A stretch of DNA of 35,964 nucleotides from IMG/VR virus record IMGVR_UViG_3300016476_000703, positions 1-35,964 of that record. One strand, written 5' to 3'. Position 1 is the first letter of the stretch, and every line of letters begins with the position of its first letter. The position numbers were made by a program, and so were the translations under genes. The notes below the pieces were generated by a model, which saw only the letters and a list, made by a program, of their open reading frames with translations, had not been told where the DNA came from and did no database searches. Of the stretch, positions 9,401 through 16,017 are shown in pieces. Source of the DNA: a virus (Duplodnaviria; Caudoviricetes).

Positions 9401-9732
9401 GCTCTAATTACATAGCAGCGACTTGATACACCTAACAAGCTATAAGCTGTTAGCAATCCATATTCGTTTAATTCGTATCCATGAATTGGAACGTTGTTAG
9501 TGTTATTATAAAATAATGGACTACCAAAGAAATTTAATACATCTCTCTGACTAGTTAATACATATAAATTATTAGCATTTGCTGGAGCAGTTGCTTCTGC
9601 TATGTTACCACTTGGGTTCTGCTTGTTTTGAGCAGTTGCTACAAACAATAGGGGGATGGTGCCTACTGCTGTTGGTGCATATTGACTTTCATCAATAACT
9701 TGGATTTCTACGCCTGGAGAAACTAAAGCCAT
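6454..9732 (-). CDS. gp18: contractile tail sheath protein, enlarged
   Basis: MALVSPGVEIQVIDES start; PWFAPAGIRRG, LYENNVNP, ALDRINVARL, FEPNDKITR, VVCDESNNTPDRIDRNEL.IDIAIEPVKAIEFIYI C-terminal motifs. Confidence 0.95.
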   Translation of the reverse strand: MALVSPGVEIQVIDESQYAPTAVGTIPLLFVATAQNKQNPSGNIAEATAPANANNLYVLTSQRDVLNFFGSPLFYNNTNNVPIHGYELNEYGLLTAYSLLGVSSRCYVIRADVDLAELASLGDRPLAAPADMTYWLDLTPTRWGLFQWDTTDQFFDTIVPIVITNTDDLSGGAPKNTIGNIGDYAVVTTNDANPVFYKGKDGNGALVWALVGSDDWRDLIPTVAGTISSPTNLVTGDTIVINGEIITLTDDTIDSVVSDINGAAIQGVRAQKVGGKLFIFATSQASSDGSTLDGIVEIANDSGETLEALGIAAGTYAIPTVQLSKHTQVPQWKANDTTPRPTGSVWVKTTAPNFGASIAVKRYNALTETWQLLPVQLEKTDWAANKYFDPLRGGSGIPVGTVYVQYDVTGQGYVTYKLFVRARQGATIVTGNETNPTLTINDSFAISYSVPNSENLTAAVTVTMTGETAEDFVEDVLAAGLDYVSAQVNADGSVSLIHTAGGVLVLANVTGNPLDDVGITETSDFCRAADNVTSEGSLVFEDQTPAIIVSNWVAEEYTASVTAPGRDPADKTKWYWGEVGEADIMVHDGSTWKGYRNVSIDARGFNLTNTDPLGPIFSVTEPTAQSDGSKLEYGDLWIDTSDLETYPKLYRWSIVNGEQKWVEIDNTDQTSENGILFADARFMGDTTSDVVNDVIPEIREMLNNNYVDLDAPDPLLYPRGMLLFNTRRSSFNVKEFRRNYYNAEDFPGEVLPTETNQWVSISGSRENGHAYFGRKAQRNVVVQAMRSAIDTNTEIREEMREFNLIAAPGYPELIPNMVQLNNDRKQTAFVVGDSPFRIPTEGTTLTRWLQNANLEGVETENSLVTRDPYLGVWYPSVLGSDLAGNQVAMPPSFAVLRMIIRSDQAAFPWFAPAGIRRGVLDNVTRLGYLNDEGEFVSVGVRQGIRDILYENNVNPLTFTPVSGIIADGQKTRSSGFSALDRINVARLIVHMRTVLDRAVKQFLFEPNDKITRDEVKGVVEKVMNDYLSKRALYDYLVVCDESNNTPDRIDRNELYIDIAIEPVKAIEFIYIPIRIKNTGEIASGSVATSRPV

Positions 9733-9759
9733 TTGTCGGTGTTCCTTCTTTACTAAGGA

Positions 9760-9767
9760 TATTTAGC
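9760..9767 (-). promoter_or_regulatory. late promoter variant GCTAAATA for the sheath gene
   Basis: TAAATA core about 28 nt upstream of the ATG; a divergent TGTAAATA lies at 9819-9826 on the + strand. Confidence 0.5.
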
Positions 9768-9832
9768 TACTCTTAGTAAAAAATAGCTGATAATTACGGA
9801 CCTTTAAGAACCTTTAATTGTAAATACAACAA

Positions 9833-10177
9833 ATGAGACCAAAATGCACACGTTGTAAGAAAAAACCTGCTGCTATAAACTATAAGCGTAATGATAAAAC
9901 ACATTATAGAAAAATGTGTCGTATATGTCTTAATGGAATTAAGAAAGAAAAAGAGTTAAGCAATCAACTTTTAACTAAAAGCGGATACATCAAAAAGAAA
10001 AACTGCGATAGATGCAACTTTATTAGTAAGCATCCTTCGCAGTTAAAAATAGTGTATTTGGATGGTAATAAGTTAAACGTAGGGAGAGACAACTTAAGGA
10101 CTTATTGCTTAAATTGTCTAGCTGAGATATCAGCTATGCCTCAAAATAAAAAGTTAGATATCATTCCCGATTACTGA
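9833..10177 (+). CDS. Zn-binding HNH-like protein, probably catalytically degenerate
   Basis: Four CxxC pairs. LKIVYLDGNKLN....NLRTYCLNC resembles HNH 'L.VHH.DG...N....NL..LC.NCH' but lacks the histidines. Confidence 0.65.
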   Translation: MRPKCTRCKKKPAAINYKRNDKTHYRKMCRICLNGIKKEKELSNQLLTKSGYIKKKNCDRCNFISKHPSQLKIVYLDGNKLNVGRDNLRTYCLNCLAEISAMPQNKKLDIIPDY

Positions 10178-10795
10178 GTCAATACTTTGCGTTAAGCGGG
10201 TAATAGTTTCGTTGTTGTAGAAAACTGCATCAAAAGTTGTACCTGCCCAACTATACTCGCTAGCATGAACACGTGGGTAATTTTCGCTCATAAACCATTC
10301 AATTAACGTAGCAGTAAAGTTAGGATCCTTCTTAAGCTCAACTAGCTCACTGTACCACTCTGGAAGAGGGCCCCGCTGTACGTTCCAAATTACCCCGCCC
10401 ATCTCTTTAATAGCTTTAATTTCGTTTGGAAAACGTGTATCAGGAATAACAACATTCTGCTTGCCAGCAATCCGCTTCATACCAGCAAGTACCCAAATAT
10501 CCTTGTGTAATGTATTACGCATGACTTCAGTTCCAATAAACTGTAATGCCCATCGCGGACTTACAAGCTCATACTTGTCCATCTTCCTATCCCACCAAGG
10601 ATCAACTTTTTCGCGCTGTTCACGTTGCTCAGGAGTAGTACCTTCGAGCATGTCTCGGTCCCACCCAAACAATATTGCAGTCATGTCCTTTAAGGGAGTT
10701 GCCCAGCTATAACGTTCGTACCCATGTTTTTCAACAAGATGAGCAGCAATAGTGTCTTTGCCAGAACCAATAAGTCCAGTTATACCTATAATCAT
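10154..10795 (-). CDS. gp1: deoxynucleoside monophosphate kinase
   Basis: IIGITGLIGSGKDT P-loop, A.PLK, PRWALQFIGTEVMR, VIPDTRFPNE, HASE. Confidence 0.92.
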   Translation of the reverse strand: MIIGITGLIGSGKDTIAAHLVEKHGYERYSWATPLKDMTAILFGWDRDMLEGTTPEQREQREKVDPWWDRKMDKYELVSPRWALQFIGTEVMRNTLHKDIWVLAGMKRIAGKQNVVIPDTRFPNEIKAIKEMGGVIWNVQRGPLPEWYSELVELKKDPNFTATLIEWFMSENYPRVHASEYSWAGTTFDAVFYNNETITRLTQSIDSVIGNDI

Positions 10796-10822
10796 AGTGT
10801 GATATTAACAAATAGTTTTTTA

Positions 10823-11578
10823 TTAGCCAATAATAAAACTGAGTGGTTCGCCACCATCAACATAGTTCTTTAAATCTTCTTCAAGCTTTTCCATCATAGC
10901 TTGAGCTTCATTCTTAAGGGAGGAACCGTTTAATGTTGTGCCCCCTTGCGGGCCAGCAATAGTGCCAAACTTTTCATAAGCTTGACCTAACATCATTTTA
11001 CATGTTGCTAATGTGTAATCCTTAATCCAAGGAAATGCCATGTAATCTGAAAGTAGGGTTACGTCTGGTTTGTAGTTATATGTGTGTATCATAACAGTTT
11101 CATCACTGTTACGTGGACGGCGAAATATGTGTAATTCCTTATTAACTTTGTTAAACTTAAAGTTAATAAAACCACCAAACATTCTCATGCTCAATTCTTG
11201 ATATTGAGCAAATAACTCGTAATTTAAATATCCGCCAACACGACCACTTTGCAGCAAGTATAGATTTAAAAACCCTGCTTCAAAAGGTTCAAACTGTGTT
11301 GCACCAGTTGATGTAGTGGATCCTATACTACGACGATATACTTGTTTAACACTGATCACTTCAGATGGTAATGTGTATCTATCTTGGTCAACAATAAGAG
11401 GCAGGAAAGCAAAACTTTCCTCAACGCTATTGGCACTTCTCTGTCTGTACTTCAGTAAAGCTTGCTTTAAAGCTGTATCGTAATGGGCTGGATCTAATTC
11501 AACATCTACCATGCCGTCGCCTAAAGTGAAACGTACATAATCAAATACTTCTGTTTTTAATTCTTGTAGAGTAGCCAT
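10823..11578 (-). CDS. gp13: neck (head-tail adaptor) protein
   Basis: LGDGMVDVEL, YTLPSEVISV, WIKDYTLA.CKMMLG....KF.....PQGG.TLNG motifs. Confidence 0.88.
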   Translation of the reverse strand: MATLQELKTEVFDYVRFTLGDGMVDVELDPAHYDTALKQALLKYRQRSANSVEESFAFLPLIVDQDRYTLPSEVISVKQVYRRSIGSTTSTGATQFEPFEAGFLNLYLLQSGRVGGYLNYELFAQYQELSMRMFGGFINFKFNKVNKELHIFRRPRNSDETVMIHTYNYKPDVTLLSDYMAFPWIKDYTLATCKMMLGQAYEKFGTIAGPQGGTTLNGSSLKNEAQAMMEKLEEDLKNYVDGGEPLSFIIG

Positions 11579-11595
11579 GCGTGAACCTTTATCAA

Positions 11596-12507
11596 TTATT
11601 TATTATATTTTTGATAAACGTATTCAAACGCACCAATGGTTCCTCCCTTTATATCCCTATTAATAAAAACATCAAATTCTTCATTTTGATCGTTGAACGG
11701 ACCACTCTGTACTTTTGTTGGTTTGAACACTACTTCGTTTTGATAAAAATGATATGCAAAAGTTCCGTATAATTGATATTCTGAGAAAATATGAGCGTAT
11801 TTTGTTGGAGTTATTTCATCAGTTAAAAATGTTTTTAATTCTTCTTGTACCCACGGTGGTAATAATTCCCATGATTGGTACTCAGATGGATAACTTGCAC
11901 CCTTAAAAAAGTTATAATCCTCTTGGGATAAATCATACCAATTATGTCTACTTTCTGTAAATTGTAAAAAGTTGCTATCATATCTGCTTCTAAAATCTTT
12001 TAAAATTTTAGAATTAAACAACATTTTTTCTGTGATAAAATCATACTTCAAAGCAGCAGGAAAATTAAAAAATTCATTAGCAAACTCATAATTAATCATT
12101 TGATCATTTGCAATGTATATAATATCTTTATCGTTTTCAAGATATGTTACAGGATTTAAAATCAAACCATCCGCATCTGCTACAACAATTCTATCCTCAC
12201 CAGATAAAATATCAATATGTAATTTAAACATCTGTTGTAGATAGTGTTTGTCTCTAACAACTTTTTCATATTTTGTACCAAAATAATTTAATGTTTCAAT
12301 AGCTTGATCATCGTTTATAGAATCAATATCGATACTATACGGTAGCAATCGATTTATAGAATCAACTAGTTTATTTTTATCTATCTCTGGATGTAGTATT
12401 AGAAATATTTTTTTAATTGGTGTTTGGCATAAATTTACATGCCTTGCAAGTGATCGCGGTAAAACAGATTCGTATTTTTTTGCTACCGTATAGAATAAAG
12501 TTATCAT
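11596..12507 (-). CDS. GT-A-fold/DUF6492-like putative glycosyltransferase
   Basis: YLQQMFKL, DAD (DxD) followed by LNPV, FITEKMLF, FSEYQLYGTF motifs. Confidence 0.55.
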   Translation of the reverse strand: MITLFYTVAKKYESVLPRSLARHVNLCQTPIKKIFLILHPEIDKNKLVDSINRLLPYSIDIDSINDDQAIETLNYFGTKYEKVVRDKHYLQQMFKLHIDILSGEDRIVVADADGLILNPVTYLENDKDIIYIANDQMINYEFANEFFNFPAALKYDFITEKMLFNSKILKDFRSRYDSNFLQFTESRHNWYDLSQEDYNFFKGASYPSEYQSWELLPPWVQEELKTFLTDEITPTKYAHIFSEYQLYGTFAYHFYQNEVVFKPTKVQSGPFNDQNEEFDVFINRDIKGGTIGAFEYVYQKYNK

Positions 12508-12510
12508 TAA

Positions 12511-13692
12511 TTATTTGTCAACCCTTAGAATAATTGTTTGATCGTTAGTACGACCGTTAAGCTTTACCTCAGTTGCTTTGATCTTATCGAGGAAAGATCG
12601 AAGCTGCACTTTACCGCTGCCCATGAATTCCTTGAGTTGCTCCTTAGGCTTGCGGAGCGTCTTAGACACGCTAAGCTTAGGATCCCACCCGAGGATAGTG
12701 CTGCCTTTGACAGTCATACTCTTGTCCTGCTCACTTGCTACATAGCGTCCAAGCTTGCGCGTCTTGGTGTTATACACCCAAACAACCGTCGAGTTAACAA
12801 TCTCCTTGGGCTGCACACTGGTCACTCCAAGATCGGGAGCATCTTTTTGATACTTCATCTTACGTGCAAGCTTCTCTGGAGGCTGTGCCTTCCGCATACG
12901 CGGCTTACGTGCTGCAACCTTAACACGTTTGAACCCATCGAGGTCAGTGATGATGTCGTTGTACCATTTGATCCAAGCATCAATATCCTTCTTCTTAAGG
13001 TGTGCATAGCCCTCCTTAAGTTGGGCATCCTTGCCCTCCTTGACTTCCATCATGAACGCAAGTCGCTCTGCGTAGAAGTCAATCATCGCAGGGATGATCT
13101 GCTGCGGGATATTCTTTTGCCGCAACCAAGTCATGATGTTTACGTTGGGCATCTTGCGTGTGCGGATAAACTCGTCCTCGATGCACTCAAGATCACCAAT
13201 AGTTTCCTCGCGGATTTCCTGCAAGCGATCTTGAATGTTAATGACCTTCTTAGGTTCCTCTTTGGTGGCATCAGGATCTGCTTCGCCAGCACCAAGCTCA
13301 AGCAACTTTGCTACGTGCTTGTCTGCCCACTCCTTACTGCCTTCAGGCCAACGGGCACCATCAAGTACCATCTTGCAAACGGCACCAAGATGCGGGCTAA
13401 TAACAGCATCACGCACCTTGCTAAAATCTTTATGCTGCTTCTTGCTCCAGTCCTTGCCGTACAGCTCAACAATGAAGGGACGGAGTTCCTTCGCATCGTG
13501 GTGATAGTAATAGAAGAACTTTGCATCTCGCCAACGCGCCTTATGCTGCTCAGGAGTAAGCTTGTCCATATCATGCCATTCTGGCAAAGGACCCGTAGCT
13601 TTCAACTCAGCTTCGCTATAACGCGCCTTTAGGCGACGAGTTGCTTTTTGTGCAATCTTGTCAGTTTTTGTAGCTTTGGCAGCTTTAGCCAT
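12511..13692 (-). CDS. conserved T4-like phage hypothetical protein, basic (likely nucleic-acid binding); start revised to 13692
   Basis: C-terminal WVYNTKTRKLGRYVA...VKGSTILG...SKTLRKPKEQL...GRTN. AAGGA SD precedes the ATG at 13692 (MAKAAK), and the upstream 13788 extension is occupied by another ORF. Confidence 0.7.
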   Translation of the reverse strand: MAKAAKATKTDKIAQKATRRLKARYSEAELKATGPLPEWHDMDKLTPEQHKARWRDAKFFYYYHHDAKELRPFIVELYGKDWSKKQHKDFSKVRDAVISPHLGAVCKMVLDGARWPEGSKEWADKHVAKLLELGAGEADPDATKEEPKKVINIQDRLQEIREETIGDLECIEDEFIRTRKMPNVNIMTWLRQKNIPQQIIPAMIDFYAERLAFMMEVKEGKDAQLKEGYAHLKKKDIDAWIKWYNDIITDLDGFKRVKVAARKPRMRKAQPPEKLARKMKYQKDAPDLGVTSVQPKEIVNSTVVWVYNTKTRKLGRYVASEQDKSMTVKGSTILGWDPKLSVSKTLRKPKEQLKEFMGSGKVQLRSFLDKIKATEVKLNGRTNDQTIILRVDK

Positions 13693-13798
13693 TAATCTTA
13701 TCCTTATGCTTTTGCTTGCGGGTATATGCTTTTTTATTACGGACAATCTGCTTACGAAACTTGGGTGTCCAAAGCATCTTTGCAACATGATTACGCAT
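13685..13798 (-). CDS. 37-aa ArfA-like (alternative ribosome rescue factor-like) peptide; not in ORF track
   Basis: MRNHVAKMLWTPKFRKQIVRNKKAYTRKQKHKDKING; SD GGAAGG upstream; overlaps both neighbours. Resembles the ArfA core N...ALL.DPLFR.RV.KNKK...Y.RK.KH. Confidence 0.65.
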   Translation of the reverse strand: MRNHVAKMLWTPKFRKQIVRNKKAYTRKQKHKDKING

Positions 13799-13910
13799 GT
13801 TTAACGCCTTCCCTAAACACTGTCAAGGCTGCAATACACATTACAGAAATGAATGCTAAACCAGTAGTTGCAGATGCAAGAACTAGCGCAAAAATTGCAA
13901 GTTTTACCAT
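13791..13910 (-). CDS. 39-aa hydrophobic (single-pass membrane) peptide; not in ORF track
   Basis: MVKLAIFALVLASATTGLAFISVMCIAALTVFREGVKHA; strong SD GAGGGG; directly behind a sigma70-like promoter. Confidence 0.6.
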   Translation of the reverse strand: MVKLAIFALVLASATTGLAFISVMCIAALTVFREGVKHA

Positions 13911-13934
13911 TTGCTGTCCCCTCATTTATACTTA

Positions 13935-13962
13935 ACAATAGCACAGAAACGGGTAGAGTCAA
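13935..13962 (-). promoter_or_regulatory. host sigma70-type (early) promoter
   Basis: TTGACT-N16-TATTGT with extended -10 TGn, upstream of the 39-aa ORF. Confidence 0.55.
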
Positions 13963-14243
13963 CCGTTATTTTTATTAAATGATTTCAAAGACTTAGCGAT
14001 TAGGTGAGAATAGCTCAATAAGAACATAGACTTAGCACTATCTGTCCAAAAATCAATAGACACTGGTTCTCCGTAATGAGCTTGTCGCCAAGTCCAACCT
14101 TGCTCACGTTTTAGAACCCAGCTGAGTGTTCCATTTAACCCGCGTGTTTCTATTATAGTGTGCTTAACTTTTACCCAATCTTCTTCCAAGAGTTTTATAG
14201 GTGTTTGTGTAGTTAGCAATACTTTATCTTGAGAACAAGCCAT
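13959..14243 (-). CDS. hypothetical protein
   Basis: 94-aa ORF overlapping the upstream gene end. Confidence 0.55.
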   Translation of the reverse strand: MACSQDKVLLTTQTPIKLLEEDWVKVKHTIIETRGLNGTLSWVLKREQGWTWRQAHYGEPVSIDFWTDSAKSMFLLSYSHLIAKSLKSFNKNNG

Positions 14244-14811
14244 TCTTTATAATGTCGGATCGATTAACAAATTTAACCCAATCTCTTTTACTAATTTGAA
14301 AAATACATTTATCTTCGTTGCGTTTTATTTCCCACCATTTACCAGGTTTTATATTTGATGACAACGCTCTTTGTCCTCGTTCGTATGCTTGTTTAAAGCA
14401 ATACTGTAAATCCGGCGAAGACCAATCATGTACTTTATCTTTAGTAATAATTACTTGATTTGATATTTCATCAAAATCGTAATCAATTACTCGAACTTGT
14501 TGAAGTTTTTTTGCCGCAAATGATAACTCATATGGCGTTCGACGTACATAATCTTCGGTCATTGTTGCAACAGTAATATTTGTTTCAGCATAACTACAAC
14601 GTGATTTAACCTCTACTCCGTAATCTGGTAAATCAACACCACCATTCCTGTTAAATTTTAGCCCTGTATTTTCAATTAAATCTTCAATACGGCGACCAAC
14701 TTTACCAGTTTCGATATCTTTTTTGGTACAAGAAATTGTTGTACCAACTAATGAATGTTTGAATGTTTTAACTTTTAATTTAACTTTTGAGATCATAGCT
14801 AACAATAACAC
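14224..14811 (-). CDS. PD-(D/E)XK endonuclease, MutH/Sau3AI-like (start possibly ATG 14796)
   Basis: TGKVGRRIEDL ... VDLPDYGVEVKSR resembles MutH 'KG..G..LE..LG ... DF...GVELKT'. Confidence 0.6.
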   Translation of the reverse strand: MLLLAMISKVKLKVKTFKHSLVGTTISCTKKDIETGKVGRRIEDLIENTGLKFNRNGGVDLPDYGVEVKSRCSYAETNITVATMTEDYVRRTPYELSFAAKKLQQVRVIDYDFDEISNQVIITKDKVHDWSSPDLQYCFKQAYERGQRALSSNIKPGKWWEIKRNEDKCIFQISKRDWVKFVNRSDIIKNGLFSR

Positions 14812-14818
14812 AGTAACC

Positions 14819-14826
14819 TATAAATA
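14819..14826 (+). promoter_or_regulatory. T4-type late promoter TATAAATA
   Basis: Exact match about 21 nt upstream of the gp14 start, followed by AAGGA SD. Confidence 0.78.
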
Positions 14827-14847
14827 TACAAATAAAGGAATACGCAG

Positions 14848-16017
14848 GTGCCAAGATTATCACTATGGAAAGAAGGGGCGCATACAAACGATTATCGTTT
14901 CTTTGATGGTCGTATACGCGAAATGTTCACTGTTGGTGGCACCACTATCAATATACACAAATATATTGGTCCTAAAGAGCAGACTACTTCTGGAACAGAC
15001 GCAACTAAACCAAAATACGATATTTGGAACGAATTAACCATCGAGGATTTGCTATGGGGAGAAAACGCTAATCGCAATTATGATGACGACGTTTATCCGT
15101 TACGTGGCATTTATACACTAAGCGATATTGATTTTGATCTAAGTCAATTTGGGTTATTCTTACAAAACGATACACTGTTTATCACATTCCACTTAAATGA
15201 TATGATTGAACAGCTTGGACGTAAAATTATGAGCGGTGACGTTTTAGAGCTCGTACATCAAAGAGATTTTAATCCTATGGATCTAGCAAATCCATCCTAT
15301 TTGAGAAAATTTTATGTAGTTCAAGATGCATCCCGTGCTAGTGAAGGTTACAGCCCAACTTGGTTCCCTCACTTATGGCGTGTTAAAGCTACGCCAATGC
15401 CTGCTGGACAAGAATACGAAGATATTCTTAATCAAGATAAAGACGGTGATGGTAAACCAGATGGTGATAACAACACCACTTACAATAAAGAAATTGAAAT
15501 TAACGATGCTATAATCCAACAAGCATTAAACGAAGTACCAAAAGCTGGATACAACACTGACAAATATTATACTTTACCCACAAATGAAGATGGCACTAGT
15601 CGTGGCGATTGGTTTATTACTGCTGATGCCGTAAACGTATTTGCAGATAATACTAATTACACAGTTGACTATGAAGCAATAAGTCCAACAAAAAGTGGAT
15701 ATGATGGTTACTTACTTGGTGATGGTCTTGCACCAAACGGACATACAGTTATGGCATCAACAATATTTCCTGATAATCCATATGAAGGACAATTTGTCCT
15801 ACGTTTAGATTATTTCCCAAATCGTTTGTTTAGATTTAACGGACGCAAATGGGTTAAAGTTGAAGATAATGTTAGAACTCCACAGTTGCCGCATACTTCT
15901 AAAAATCAAAAAAGTTCATTTGTTAATAACGTCGCAAGTACAAACCTCAGTGATGGCACTACATTAGAACAACGACAGGCGTTAAGTCAAGCATTAGCAC
16001 CAAAGGCAGATAATTAA
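14848..16017 (+). CDS. gp14: neck/head-closure protein (gp14-like) with C-terminal extension
   Basis: IEDLLWGENANRNYD, DLSQFGLFLQNDTLFITFH, GDVLEL; GTG start; precedes the gp15-like gene. Confidence 0.75.
   Translation: MPRLSLWKEGAHTNDYRFFDGRIREMFTVGGTTINIHKYIGPKEQTTSGTDATKPKYDIWNELTIEDLLWGENANRNYDDDVYPLRGIYTLSDIDFDLSQFGLFLQNDTLFITFHLNDMIEQLGRKIMSGDVLELVHQRDFNPMDLANPSYLRKFYVVQDASRASEGYSPTWFPHLWRVKATPMPAGQEYEDILNQDKDGDGKPDGDNNTTYNKEIEINDAIIQQALNEVPKAGYNTDKYYTLPTNEDGTSRGDWFITADAVNVFADNTNYTVDYEAISPTKSGYDGYLLGDGLAPNGHTVMASTIFPDNPYEGQFVLRLDYFPNRLFRFNGRKWVKVEDNVRTPQLPHTSKNQKSSFVNNVASTNLSDGTTLEQRQALSQALAPKADN

Noticed and set aside
12538-13632. 364-aa antisense ORF
   Set aside because: Fully overlaps a gene with recognisable phage motifs; explained by local codon bias lacking antisense stops.
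13693-13788. N-terminal extension of the 425-aa ORF
   Set aside because: A better SD precedes the ATG at 13692, and the region encodes the ArfA-like ORF in another frame.
13798-13826. TTGACA-N17-TAAACA possible promoter on the minus strand
   Set aside because: The -10 is weak and overlaps the ATG of the ArfA-like ORF. It lies inside a coding region and cannot be supported without transcript data.
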